From positions 1 through 64,000 of the forward strand of contig JBCCQY010000004.1 of the NCBI GenBank assembly GCA_039208735.1: a stretch of DNA of 64,000 nucleotides. Direction: 5' to 3'. How positions within the stretch are numbered: position 1 is the stretch's first letter; each line of letters starts with the position of its first letter. This stretch comes from Myxococcota bacterium (GTDB lineage: Bacteria; Myxococcota_A; UBA796; GCA-2862545). Both the position numbers and the translations under genes were made by a program. Below, piece after piece: positions 46,753-55,456 of the stretch. The notes below the pieces were generated by a model, which saw nothing but the letters and a program-made list of their open reading frames with translations, was not told the DNA's origin and searched no databases.

Positions 46753-49248
46753 TCATCGATCCTTGCGGCGGCGTCGTTTCCGACTCTTCTTGTCGTCGTC
46801 CGAGGAGCCCTCTTCCTCGGTGTCGTCGCCGTCTCCCTTGCCAAAGAGGTTCCGGAAGAATTTGCCGATCTGGGCTCCCGCACCTCCGTGAACCTCACAC
46901 TTTTGATCGGGCTGGTCGCCGGCGTAGAACAGCTCGGTGGTTGTTTCGGAGCAGCGGGCCCGCGAACGCTGGCTGCTCTCGATGCACAGCTCCACTTCAC
47001 GAAGGCCCTCGGGACGCGGGAAGACGCCCTTGATGGTGCCCGTTGCGGCCATGTACCGAGCCCAGGTGGGCAATGCGGCTCGGCCTCCGGAGAGTCCTAG
47101 GTTCTCGCCCTTGTCTTTGCCCACCCACACCGCGGTCGACAGCTCCGGAGACAGGCCCACGAACCAGGCGTCGCGGTACTCGTCGGTGGTCCCCGTCTTG
47201 CCGCCCGCGGGGTGGCCGACGCCAAAATTGGACGCGGCGCGCCCCGTGCCATTGGAGACGACGCTTTGTAGCAGGTGCATGGCCTGGGCAGCGGCTCGGG
47301 GGTCTACCACCATGCGCTCGTTGGAGCGGACTTCGAGGGCCCACTCGCCGTCCGCCGTGCGCACCGCGGTGACGATCTCGGGCCGATGGGCCACGCCAGA
47401 GTGGAAGAGGGTGTAGGCGCCCGCTACTTCGAGCGGGGAGGCTTCGAACGCGCCGAGCGCCGCTGAGGGCAGGCCGTGGGCTTTGGTGAGGCCTGTCGAC
47501 AGCAGAAACCGCTTGAGCTTGCCGAGCCCCACGCGTTCGGCAAGGTGCACCGAAGGGATGTTTCGACTGGCCTCGATCGCGCGGCGCACCGTGACTTCAC
47601 CTTCGTATTTGCCGTCGTAGTTTCGCGGGGTCCACGATTCACCGCCCAGGTCAACGGTGATGGGTTCGTCAGGTAGGCGGGTGGCGGGATTGGCTACATG
47701 ATCGGTGTAGGCCTTGGCGACGGTCAGCGGCTTCACCGTGGAGCCAATCTGGCGATAGCCGTCGACCGCGCGATTGAAGGCGCTTTCGGCATAGTCTCGT
47801 CCCCCCACCAACGCGACGACCTGGCCGGTGTCGATGCGGACCGAAGCCAGGCCCACCTGCGCTCCCCGTGCCTTGTCGTAGGCCTTTTCGAGCGCTTCCA
47901 TCGACAACGCCACGGCCTCCTCGGCCGCACGCTGATAGAGCGGGTGGATCGTCGTATACACGTCGAGACCCCGCGAGAACACGCCCTGGCCGAGTTCTTC
48001 TTCGACCCGCTCGATGGCCGCATCGACGGCGTAGGGGGCCGAACGGACTTGACTCGGGGCAAGCCCGTCGATCACGACGTCTTCACCCTTGGCCCGCTCG
48101 GCGGCGGACGACTCGAGCTTGCCCACGCTCACCATCTGGGTCAGCACCAGATCCCGACGTTCCTTGGCGACTTCAGCGTGGCGAAGCGGCGAGTAGGAGT
48201 TTGGCGAAGGGATGACGCCCACGATGGTTGCCGACTGGGCGAGGGTGAGCTTGCCTGCACTCGTGCCGAACCAGGCCTTTGCCGCCTGCTCGACGCCGTA
48301 CAGGGGCAACCCTCCCATCTGACCGAGGTAGACCTCGGACAGGTACAACTCGAGGATTTCATCCTTGGAGAGTTGCTGTTCGAGGGCGGCCGCGAAGAAG
48401 ACCTCCCGAACCTTGCGGCGTAGCGTACGGTCGTGAGAAAGAAACAGGTTTTTCGCGAGCTGCTGGGTCAGGGTGGACCCGCCCTGCGTCTTGGAACGGG
48501 TGAGGTTTGACCACAGGGCTCGGACAATCCCGGCCAAATCGATGCCGCTATGTTCCCGAAAGCGCTGGTCCTCCATCGACAACAGCGCGGGCTCAATCCA
48601 CTCCGCCATCTGGTCGAGTTTGACGGGCGTACGCTGCTGATCGGGATTGCCGATGCGGGCGAGCCGCGTGGGGGGCAGGACGATTCCGCCCCCACGTGAC
48701 ACCGAGATGACCCGCCGATCCCGGACTTCGAGTCGGCTGCGGCCCTCGGTGATGGGAGGACCCTGGCCGATGGACTGTCCCGAGAACGTCCAGATGTCGA
48801 AGCGCCCCCCCGATAGCGAGAACATGCCGGTTCCATCTCCATCGCCGGGCTTGTCGAGCACGTTGTCGACGCGTTCGTAGCCGGCGGCCAGCAGGTCCCG
48901 GGAGAGCGCCTCGGGGTCGACCGGCATGTCGGGTTCAATGGTGATGGGGGCCGACCACACGGTCGATGGCACTTCAGAGGGTGGAGAGGCGAGGTAGGCG
49001 GCGACGTCGCGCTGGGCCTGCGACCACAGCAGGAACGCGGTGAGTGAAAGGCCGGCCAGAATGCCGCCACCCCAGACGAAGAGTTCGAGGACGATGGCGC
49101 CGGCCGACGGACCGTTCGAGGGCCGCGCGAGTCGCTGGCTGTGCACGGTGTGGCGGGCTTTGGGCGGACGCGGAGGACGTTGCGAGACCTTCGGGGGGCG
49201 CGGCCGAGAGCGCCGGGAGCGCGAAGGCGGCTTTCGATTCGAGGGCAT
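46753..49248 (-). CDS. Class A penicillin-binding protein (PBP1b-like)
   Basis: TM helix, UB2H-like region, EDQRF, GGSTLTQQLAK, STVK, SRN, KTG. Confidence 0.93.
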   Translation of the reverse strand: MPSNRKPPSRSRRSRPRPPKVSQRPPRPPKARHTVHSQRLARPSNGPSAGAIVLELFVWGGGILAGLSLTAFLLWSQAQRDVAAYLASPPSEVPSTVWSAPITIEPDMPVDPEALSRDLLAAGYERVDNVLDKPGDGDGTGMFSLSGGRFDIWTFSGQSIGQGPPITEGRSRLEVRDRRVISVSRGGGIVLPPTRLARIGNPDQQRTPVKLDQMAEWIEPALLSMEDQRFREHSGIDLAGIVRALWSNLTRSKTQGGSTLTQQLAKNLFLSHDRTLRRKVREVFFAAALEQQLSKDEILELYLSEVYLGQMGGLPLYGVEQAAKAWFGTSAGKLTLAQSATIVGVIPSPNSYSPLRHAEVAKERRDLVLTQMVSVGKLESSAAERAKGEDVVIDGLAPSQVRSAPYAVDAAIERVEEELGQGVFSRGLDVYTTIHPLYQRAAEEAVALSMEALEKAYDKARGAQVGLASVRIDTGQVVALVGGRDYAESAFNRAVDGYRQIGSTVKPLTVAKAYTDHVANPATRLPDEPITVDLGGESWTPRNYDGKYEGEVTVRRAIEASRNIPSVHLAERVGLGKLKRFLLSTGLTKAHGLPSAALGAFEASPLEVAGAYTLFHSGVAHRPEIVTAVRTADGEWALEVRSNERMVVDPRAAAQAMHLLQSVVSNGTGRAASNFGVGHPAGGKTGTTDEYRDAWFVGLSPELSTAVWVGKDKGENLGLSGGRAALPTWARYMAATGTIKGVFPRPEGLREVELCIESSQRSRARCSETTTELFYAGDQPDQKCEVHGGAGAQIGKFFRNLFGKGDGDDTEEEGSSDDDKKSRKRRRRKDR

Positions 49249-49307
49249 GCCGGTCCTGGGGAGGCAGTCGCCGATCCCTTACCCCGCTGGCCTACTCACC
49301 AACGTGT

Positions 49308-51149
49308 TCAGGGTTGAACCTTGGCTCTCGCGGATGCTTCCAGGACCCCATGAGGAGCGAAGGAAACCCACTCCCCATCGGGCAACGCACGCAGGACCTG
49401 ATGCTCCTTGCCCCACATGTCGATTTCGAGAATGGCCGCGCCCCGGGCAGGCTGAAGAATGCGCCCTGTCTCAGCGTCGACCCAGGCGTACGGCAGCAAA
49501 TCCGATACTTCGTTCACGACTTCGCCGGTGGTTAGGTCGACGTAGATGACCGAGGCGGTGCCATTTTCAGGCACTTGGAACCGCAAGGCGGCGTATTGGC
49601 CACCGGTGATGCCCCACAATCGGTCCACGTCGATCTTGAGGTCAAGGACATCGCGGCCCTCGGCGGGAATGCCCTGGTTCACCGATACCGAAAGGTCGTA
49701 GATGCCGAGAACGCCCTGTTCATCAAGCACGATGAGGTCGGGCCGTCGGTTCACGAACGTGACGAGCCGAACCGGCACTTCCGCGAGGGGACGAGGGGCC
49801 GAAATGGCGTCTTCTCCTGTGGAGGGATCGAGAACGCGCACCTGGCCGCGTGGGGTGACCACCGCCAACCAGGTTCCCGAGCCCGACAAGGCGAAGGTGT
49901 TCACCCAATCGAGTTCGAATGCACTGTTTTCGGCTAGGTCGAACCAGCGCAACCCGCCACGGCTCCGCATACAGGCCAAGATCCTTCCGCCCACTTCCAT
50001 CTTGGGGGTGTCGGCGGTGTCGGGACCGGCCCCGAAAAGGTGGCGACCGGTGCGGGCCTCAAAGGCTTGCACCCCTTCGCCATCGTCGGACAGAGCGGCC
50101 ACCAAGCGCCCATCCCGATCGATCCGCACTTCGACGAACGGCTGCTTGACCAGGAAGGGGACGCGCTGGCGCCCCTTCGTCCACACCGCCATGCGGTCGC
50201 CGTGGACGGCCACGCGGTGGTCGCCAAATCCCGTGCAGCACAGGACGGGGCCAAGGGTTGGCTTGCTTCCTGGGCGATGGAGCACGCCATCTTCGCCCCC
50301 CACGACCACGCCACGGTGGTCCCAGAACGAGGCGTACGTGGGTTTTTTGGCCCCATGTTTCTCGGAGCCCTTGGGTTCGAGGCCGGGGAGCCGGAACGTG
50401 TGGACGGACCGGCCGGTGACGGCGGCCACCGCGTGGTCGTCGGGCGACACCGCCAACGTGAGAATGCCCGATGAACTGGAGGCCGAAAACGACTGCTGGA
50501 TGCGGCCTTCCATGGTGTCGAACAGCGTGATGCCTCGATCGCCCAGGGCCGCAATGCCTCGGCCGTTCTGGATGAAGCGTGCGGTGTGGATGTCCATGGG
50601 CAGATCTTCAAGGTCGATCTGCGCCTGCTCGAGCAGGTCGAGCAGCTTGGGCTGGCCGTTCTCGTCGACGACGAGCAGCCGGTCCCCTTCGGGGTGAAAC
50701 TCGATGGTTCGGCCGCCAAAACCCTGATAGTTCGCGAGGCGATCCCAACGTTCGAGGTCGTAAATGCGGATGATGCCATCGGCCGCGAGCGCGGCCAGGA
50801 TCGTCCCGCTCGGGTTGAACGCCAGAGCCCGCATGGCCCGAGCCCGACCGGCGGGTCCCTCTTTGAGGTCCTCAAAGGCGCAGGATCCATCGAAGGTCTT
50901 GTAGACGGCTACCGTGCCATCGTCGTCGCCGACCGCGACGAGGTCCCCGCCAATGCTGACGGCGGCGGCTCCTAAGACGGGCGCTCCCATACCGAAGATT
51001 AGCGAGGGAAAATCGTCGTCTGGGGCGGTGATCGCAACGGTACCCAAATCATCGGCGGTCACGAGGGCGCCGGACGTGGGGTCGTAAGCGGCCGCCGTCA
51101 AAGGGCCGGTGTGCGGTGAGGCGCAATAGCGGTCAACGAGCGAGGACAC
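49308..51149 (-). CDS. WD40-like beta-propeller repeat protein
   Basis: Repeats such as LVAVGDDDGTVAVY, LAFNPSGTILAA, LAVSPDD; GGAGAG RBS before GTG. Confidence 0.8.
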   Translation of the reverse strand: MSSLVDRYCASPHTGPLTAAAYDPTSGALVTADDLGTVAITAPDDDFPSLIFGMGAPVLGAAAVSIGGDLVAVGDDDGTVAVYKTFDGSCAFEDLKEGPAGRARAMRALAFNPSGTILAALAADGIIRIYDLERWDRLANYQGFGGRTIEFHPEGDRLLVVDENGQPKLLDLLEQAQIDLEDLPMDIHTARFIQNGRGIAALGDRGITLFDTMEGRIQQSFSASSSSGILTLAVSPDDHAVAAVTGRSVHTFRLPGLEPKGSEKHGAKKPTYASFWDHRGVVVGGEDGVLHRPGSKPTLGPVLCCTGFGDHRVAVHGDRMAVWTKGRQRVPFLVKQPFVEVRIDRDGRLVAALSDDGEGVQAFEARTGRHLFGAGPDTADTPKMEVGGRILACMRSRGGLRWFDLAENSAFELDWVNTFALSGSGTWLAVVTPRGQVRVLDPSTGEDAISAPRPLAEVPVRLVTFVNRRPDLIVLDEQGVLGIYDLSVSVNQGIPAEGRDVLDLKIDVDRLWGITGGQYAALRFQVPENGTASVIYVDLTTGEVVNEVSDLLPYAWVDAETGRILQPARGAAILEIDMWGKEHQVLRALPDGEWVSFAPHGVLEASARAKVQP

Positions 51150-51193
51150 GGTGCTCTCCGCGGAGAAGCCGCAGGAAGGCCGTGTCTTAACCG

Positions 51194-51898
51194 CTACTCG
51201 GCCGGAGGTTCGGCTCGTCCTGAAACGTCCACCATGTCGATGCCCTGGTATTCCTGGGAATAGGCCACGAATCTCCACCCATCGCACGACAGCCCATCGT
51301 CTCGGTACAACGCAAGACCTGGCTCGAGGCGTGCCCATCGGCACCACGGGGCCTCATTGACGAAGCCCTGCGCTTCGGACAGCACGTTTATGCCACGTGG
51401 AGCGTCGACGATAGCGAGCACATGGCCCGTGCTGGCCGCGCGCGCGGAGTGTGGGAGGGGCCCGAAGATCCCAGACGTGTCGCCAACCGTGCCGAGCGAC
51501 CACAACAACAGCGCCGTCGCATCGAGCGGGGGCGGGGTTTCGGCGTACATCACGGGCAGCCCAAAGGCGATCCGAGACCCCTCGGCCCGGAGTTCGAGAG
51601 GGGCCGGGCCCACCCCTTGGGTGTCGGACAACGGTGGAGGCCCTTCGATCGCCATCGCGTACCCAAAGAGGCGAGGTTCGATGTCGGCGGACTGCCACTG
51701 GACGCCCATCTCGTCGTCCGAGATCACCAACCAGGCGACGCCCCCGCGAAACGTGGCCGGGTCTTCGTCTCCATCGAGCAGCGTGCTGTCGAGCCGGCCC
51801 GACAGCGCGAGAAACGGGCCGAAGTCATCGGCCGAACGAATGAGGGCTTGGTCACACCCCGTGGCGGTCAGCCACAAACCCAACCAGGCGGCACGCAT
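51194..51898 (-). CDS. Hypothetical lipoprotein (last gene of the ECF-caspase operon)
   Basis: MRAAWLGLWLTATGC lipobox-like signal; start abuts the upstream stop. Confidence 0.7.
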   Translation of the reverse strand: MRAAWLGLWLTATGCDQALIRSADDFGPFLALSGRLDSTLLDGDEDPATFRGGVAWLVISDDEMGVQWQSADIEPRLFGYAMAIEGPPPLSDTQGVGPAPLELRAEGSRIAFGLPVMYAETPPPLDATALLLWSLGTVGDTSGIFGPLPHSARAASTGHVLAIVDAPRGINVLSEAQGFVNEAPWCRWARLEPGLALYRDDGLSCDGWRFVAYSQEYQGIDMVDVSGRAEPPAE

Positions 51899-52645
51899 TC
51901 AATCGACCTCCGTTTCGACCGCGGATTGGAGGTTGCTTAGGAACGTGTCGTAGTCGGGGTGTTCGGGTTCGATGATCCAAGGCACCTCGGCCGAAGCAGG
52001 CGGCATCATGCCGTCGAGCCACTGGTCGACCCGCAGACCCAGGCGCACCCGAGGGTCGGGGCCATCACCAAGCACCAAGCGTACGGGCTCCGAAACCAAC
52101 GACAGTGCGTCGGGCACCCGGAACTCGACCGTCCGCGACAGGGACGTCTCGTCGGTCGCGACGCAGGCGGTGGCCCGGGCGGCAAACACCGCCTCAGGTC
52201 CGACACTCGCGCCCACGAGTTCGAGGATCGAGGAGGGATAGTCCGCCAATTCGAGGTCCAGCACGATCTCGTCGTCGCTCGTGGCCGGCCCGACAAGGTC
52301 GAGCTGCCGATCGAGCGGCACCGTGAACGTGCGCTCGGTTTCGCCGGTGACGGTCAGCCGGAACTCCGTCAGCTGGAGGTCGACCGCCGTGAAATTTGCA
52401 CTTCGGAGGGGTAGCACGGCAACGTCACCATCCGGGTCGTCGTTGCTGTCCTGGTCGTCGTCGTCGTCGTCGTCCTGGTCGTCATCCCCGTTGCCCTCGG
52501 CGCAGGGATCGACCCCGGGATCTTCGGGTGGCTCGGCGATCACCACGCGAACGGCGAGGCCACCCCGACGAATCGGGGGCGTGAGGTCTGAGCCATCGTC
52601 GCCGGTGCAGGCCACGAAGAGTCCCCAGAAAAGCCACACCCTCAC
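51899..52645 (-). CDS. Hypothetical lipoprotein with an Asp tract
   Basis: MRVWLFWGLFVAC lipobox; DDDQDDDDDDDQD; beta-rich body; GTGA overlap with the caspase stop. Confidence 0.75.
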   Translation of the reverse strand: MRVWLFWGLFVACTGDDGSDLTPPIRRGGLAVRVVIAEPPEDPGVDPCAEGNGDDDQDDDDDDDQDSNDDPDGDVAVLPLRSANFTAVDLQLTEFRLTVTGETERTFTVPLDRQLDLVGPATSDDEIVLDLELADYPSSILELVGASVGPEAVFAARATACVATDETSLSRTVEFRVPDALSLVSEPVRLVLGDGPDPRVRLGLRVDQWLDGMMPPASAEVPWIIEPEHPDYDTFLSNLQSAVETEVD

Positions 52646-54180
52646 CGGTCACCTCGTTGAAAAGAGAGGCCCGCCCGCACCTGAGCGGCGGGTTGAACGA
52701 CGGGATTGCGCGTTCCGTACACCGTGAGGCCTCCGCCGGCGAAGGCCAAGAGCCCCACCGGGCCGGTGAGCGACCACTCGGCCGTCCATCCTAGCAATCC
52801 CCTCCCCAACGGCACCGTGACGGTGCGCGCAGCCGTTTGGTCGCCATACCAGCGTCCCCAGTCGGGGTCGGCGGCTCGTGCGGCGGTCTGGCGGAGGAAC
52901 CCTGCGCCAAAATCCAGCGTGGGGCCTGTCCGCACGCGGTGGCCCCGCACGTCGAGGCCCCACTCCCCATGCACCAGGCCCCAGGTGTCGGTGCCCACCG
53001 CGCGGGTGATGCCAAGCCCCATCTGGCCCCCTTCGACCCCCAACGCGAGGCGATGGCCCCGGCCTGTCGACCGCCGCAGCGACGCGAAGGCGCCAAATCC
53101 ATCGGGCCGCCCTGGTGCGAAGCCAAGCCCCCCACTGGGCCCAACGGCAAACCGCGTGGGCTTAGGATCGAGGAGGCCGCCCTTCGTGCGAACGCCGGGG
53201 TGCGCATAGAGGCGACGGGCCGAGATGATGGCGTATCCTTTGTTCGGAACTACGACTTCGGTCATGGCGGCCCGGCGACCTCGCTCCAGACGGACCAACT
53301 GGTATCGCCCAGGATCGAGGGCCAGGGTTCGTCCGGCTCCGGCGGGGACTTCGGCGGCCACGGCCTTCGCATCGACATCGATCACGAGCACCGGCTTCTC
53401 CACCGGGCCGGTCACCGACAAGCCGCTGGGAGCGTCGACGAGATTGGCGAGCACCAATTCTCCGAGGGACCCCGCCCACCGGGGTCGTTGCACGACGCCA
53501 AGGCCGGCGGCGGTGCGCTCGGTCTGACGCTGGACAAACCCGTACAGTTCGTGAAGCGTGACCTGCCCGTCGCGGTTGTCGTCTGCCGCGCCACGGGCTC
53601 CCGAGACAAAGAAGTGAGTAAAGAGAGCTCCCCGGCGCTGCTCGACTTCGAACGCGAGTTCTTCGGCCCCCGTGCTCGCGATCCAGGCTTCATCGGCGGG
53701 AGGGTCATAGGCAGGGCTTTCGCCGGGAAGCGCGGGCGCATCGGAGACCGCGACCAGCGTAGCCCCTTTCGATCGGAGCATCGTGCCGGCCTGACAGGCG
53801 TCGACGATGAAGACCCGCCGGTCTGCGGGAACAACGCGCGCAGCCGTCTTGAGGGAAGGGATGGGGAGAACGTCTCCCGCGAGGTGGAGTCCCCGTGACG
53901 AAGCGTGGCCCGTGTAGTACACGACCAGCTCCGTCGTACGGCCCTCACGGCGCAAAGCCGAAGCACGGAGCACGGCCTCGCCAAGCGCATCGGTTACCGC
54001 ATCCACGTCCGCCTCGGGGACGCGAAAGAGGTGTTCCGAGGAGACGTCTCCCAAGGCCCGCAACACGTCGGCCACCCGGTCGCCGTCGTCGTCGGCGTAC
54101 CGCAGAGGCACATCGGTGGTCAGGCCCTCGTTGGCGGAAATCACCACCGCGAGCCGAACCAGGGCGGCGGGCAGGCTCAC
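52642..54180 (-). CDS. Caspase-like (peptidase C14) protease with PEGA-like and beta-barrel-like C-terminal regions
   Basis: RLAVVISAN, LRYADDD, YYTGH (His), IVDAC (Cys), DDNRDGQVTLHEL; GTGA overlap with the anti-sigma stop. Confidence 0.9.
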   Translation of the reverse strand: MSLPAALVRLAVVISANEGLTTDVPLRYADDDGDRVADVLRALGDVSSEHLFRVPEADVDAVTDALGEAVLRASALRREGRTTELVVYYTGHASSRGLHLAGDVLPIPSLKTAARVVPADRRVFIVDACQAGTMLRSKGATLVAVSDAPALPGESPAYDPPADEAWIASTGAEELAFEVEQRRGALFTHFFVSGARGAADDNRDGQVTLHELYGFVQRQTERTAAGLGVVQRPRWAGSLGELVLANLVDAPSGLSVTGPVEKPVLVIDVDAKAVAAEVPAGAGRTLALDPGRYQLVRLERGRRAAMTEVVVPNKGYAIISARRLYAHPGVRTKGGLLDPKPTRFAVGPSGGLGFAPGRPDGFGAFASLRRSTGRGHRLALGVEGGQMGLGITRAVGTDTWGLVHGEWGLDVRGHRVRTGPTLDFGAGFLRQTAARAADPDWGRWYGDQTAARTVTVPLGRGLLGWTAEWSLTGPVGLLAFAGGGLTVYGTRNPVVQPAAQVRAGLSFQRGDR

Positions 54181-54815
54181 GGGCGCCTCGTAACCTCGAC
54201 GGCGAAGGACCGGCCGGGATCGAGGTCGGTGTGGCGTCGTCCGAGCAGGGCCTCCTCCGAGGAAGGTTGGTCGGTGAACTGGGCCATGAGCCACTCCTCG
54301 CCGTCGTAGTCGTCGAGGGCAATCGTCAGCTTGAAGCGTTCGCCAGGGTGGACCGGCCGGCCGACCATCAAGGCGGAGACCGAGCCGTCCTCCTGTCGGG
54401 TCCAGACGTCGAGGAACCCTTTTCCGGGGCTGCGAACCACGAGGTTGAGTCGTTCGGTGGCGTTGGCCACGTCGACCTGCAGGCTCCCCATGGGCAGGTA
54501 GCGATCCGGGGTGGGGGAGGGACGGGTCGCGAGGAAGACGAGGAACAACGACGCGGCCAGAGCGAGGGCAGAGGCCCATGGCCACGCACGCTGCACCCAA
54601 GAAGAAGAAGGGGGGTGTGGGCGCAGCGGCGTGGCATGAGCGTTGAAAAAGGCACGGGCATCCGCGAGTTCCTGGTCGGCCTCGGCCAGAGGGCCCGTGC
54701 GGGACGCTTCGACGCGGGCCCGGTCGAGGCCGTCGGAAATGGCGCCCAGCTCGAGCAGATCGAGGTCGATGTCATCCGGGGTGTCTCCCGGAAGAAGGCT
54801 CAGTTGTGGACTCAT
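54177..54815 (-). CDS. Putative transmembrane anti-sigma factor with an extracytoplasmic beta domain (DUF4384-like)
   Basis: Short cytoplasmic helical N-terminus, one TM (WASALALAASLFLVFL), beta-rich C-terminus; ATGA overlap with the sigma stop. Confidence 0.7.
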   Translation of the reverse strand: MSPQLSLLPGDTPDDIDLDLLELGAISDGLDRARVEASRTGPLAEADQELADARAFFNAHATPLRPHPPSSSWVQRAWPWASALALAASLFLVFLATRPSPTPDRYLPMGSLQVDVANATERLNLVVRSPGKGFLDVWTRQEDGSVSALMVGRPVHPGERFKLTIALDDYDGEEWLMAQFTDQPSSEEALLGRRHTDLDPGRSFAVEVTRRP

Positions 54816-55306
54816 GCGGATTCCAGCTTGGTTCGGAGTCGGGATTCGAATTCGGAGCGGGCTCGGCCCACCGTACGGACGGAGATACCCAGGACTTCCG
54901 CAGCGCGTTGATTGGAAAGGCCCTGGAGCCAGGTGAGGAGCACGACCTCTCCCGTGCGTTCATCGACCTCGTTCAACACACGGTGCACCAGGTCGCGATC
55001 GGCATGGGCGCCCTCGGGATGGTGACCGGGTAGCCCTCGAAGGTAGTCGCCATGGGCCACCCGAATCCGCGCCCGATTGCGCCGATTGCGGAGCAGCCAC
55101 AGGCATCGACGCGTCGCGGTCTGGTAGAGCCAGGCCAACGCTTCGGGCAGGCTGCGAATCTCAAAGCCCACCTCGATGGCACGCATGAACGTCCATTGGG
55201 TCACGTCCAACGCCTCCTGGCGGTCGCCGATCATCTGGATGGAGCGGCGGAGAACCAAGGGCCCTGCGCGCTCGTACAGCTCGTCGATGGTGAGGTCAGG
55301 GGTCAT
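54812..55306 (-). CDS. ECF-type sigma-70 factor
   Basis: Region 2 EALDVTQWTFMRA and AWLYQTATRRCL; region 4 QGLSNQRAAEVLGISVRTV. Confidence 0.9.
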   Translation of the reverse strand: MTPDLTIDELYERAGPLVLRRSIQMIGDRQEALDVTQWTFMRAIEVGFEIRSLPEALAWLYQTATRRCLWLLRNRRNRARIRVAHGDYLRGLPGHHPEGAHADRDLVHRVLNEVDERTGEVVLLTWLQGLSNQRAAEVLGISVRTVGRARSEFESRLRTKLESA

Positions 55307-55313
55307 CACGGGT

Positions 55314-55343
55314 CTCAATGCACGGCGCGCCCAGAGTCGGACA
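55314..55343 (-). promoter_or_regulatory. Putative ECF promoter of the sigma operon
   Basis: TGTCCG-N16-GCATTGAG ending 4-7 nt before GTG/ATG (probably leaderless). Confidence 0.75.
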
Positions 55344-55395
55344 CGATTCTCATCGGGACCTTCAACACTACCAAATTGAGAAATCCGACTCGGGT

Positions 55396-55425
55396 TGTCC
55401 GGCTTTTCGAAGCCCGCGCATTGAG
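55396..55425 (+). promoter_or_regulatory. Putative ECF promoter of the Asp-rich lipoprotein gene
   Basis: Second copy of TGTCCG-N16-GCATTGAG, upstream of the AAAGGAGA RBS. Confidence 0.75.
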
Positions 55426-55456
55426 CATGTCGAACGAATGTAAAGGAGACCCGTTC

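Noticed and set aside
54181..54600. 140-aa N-terminal extension of the caspase ORF
   Set aside because: Overlaps the anti-sigma gene in another frame and is low-complexity Arg/Pro; the GTGA-coupled start is more plausible.
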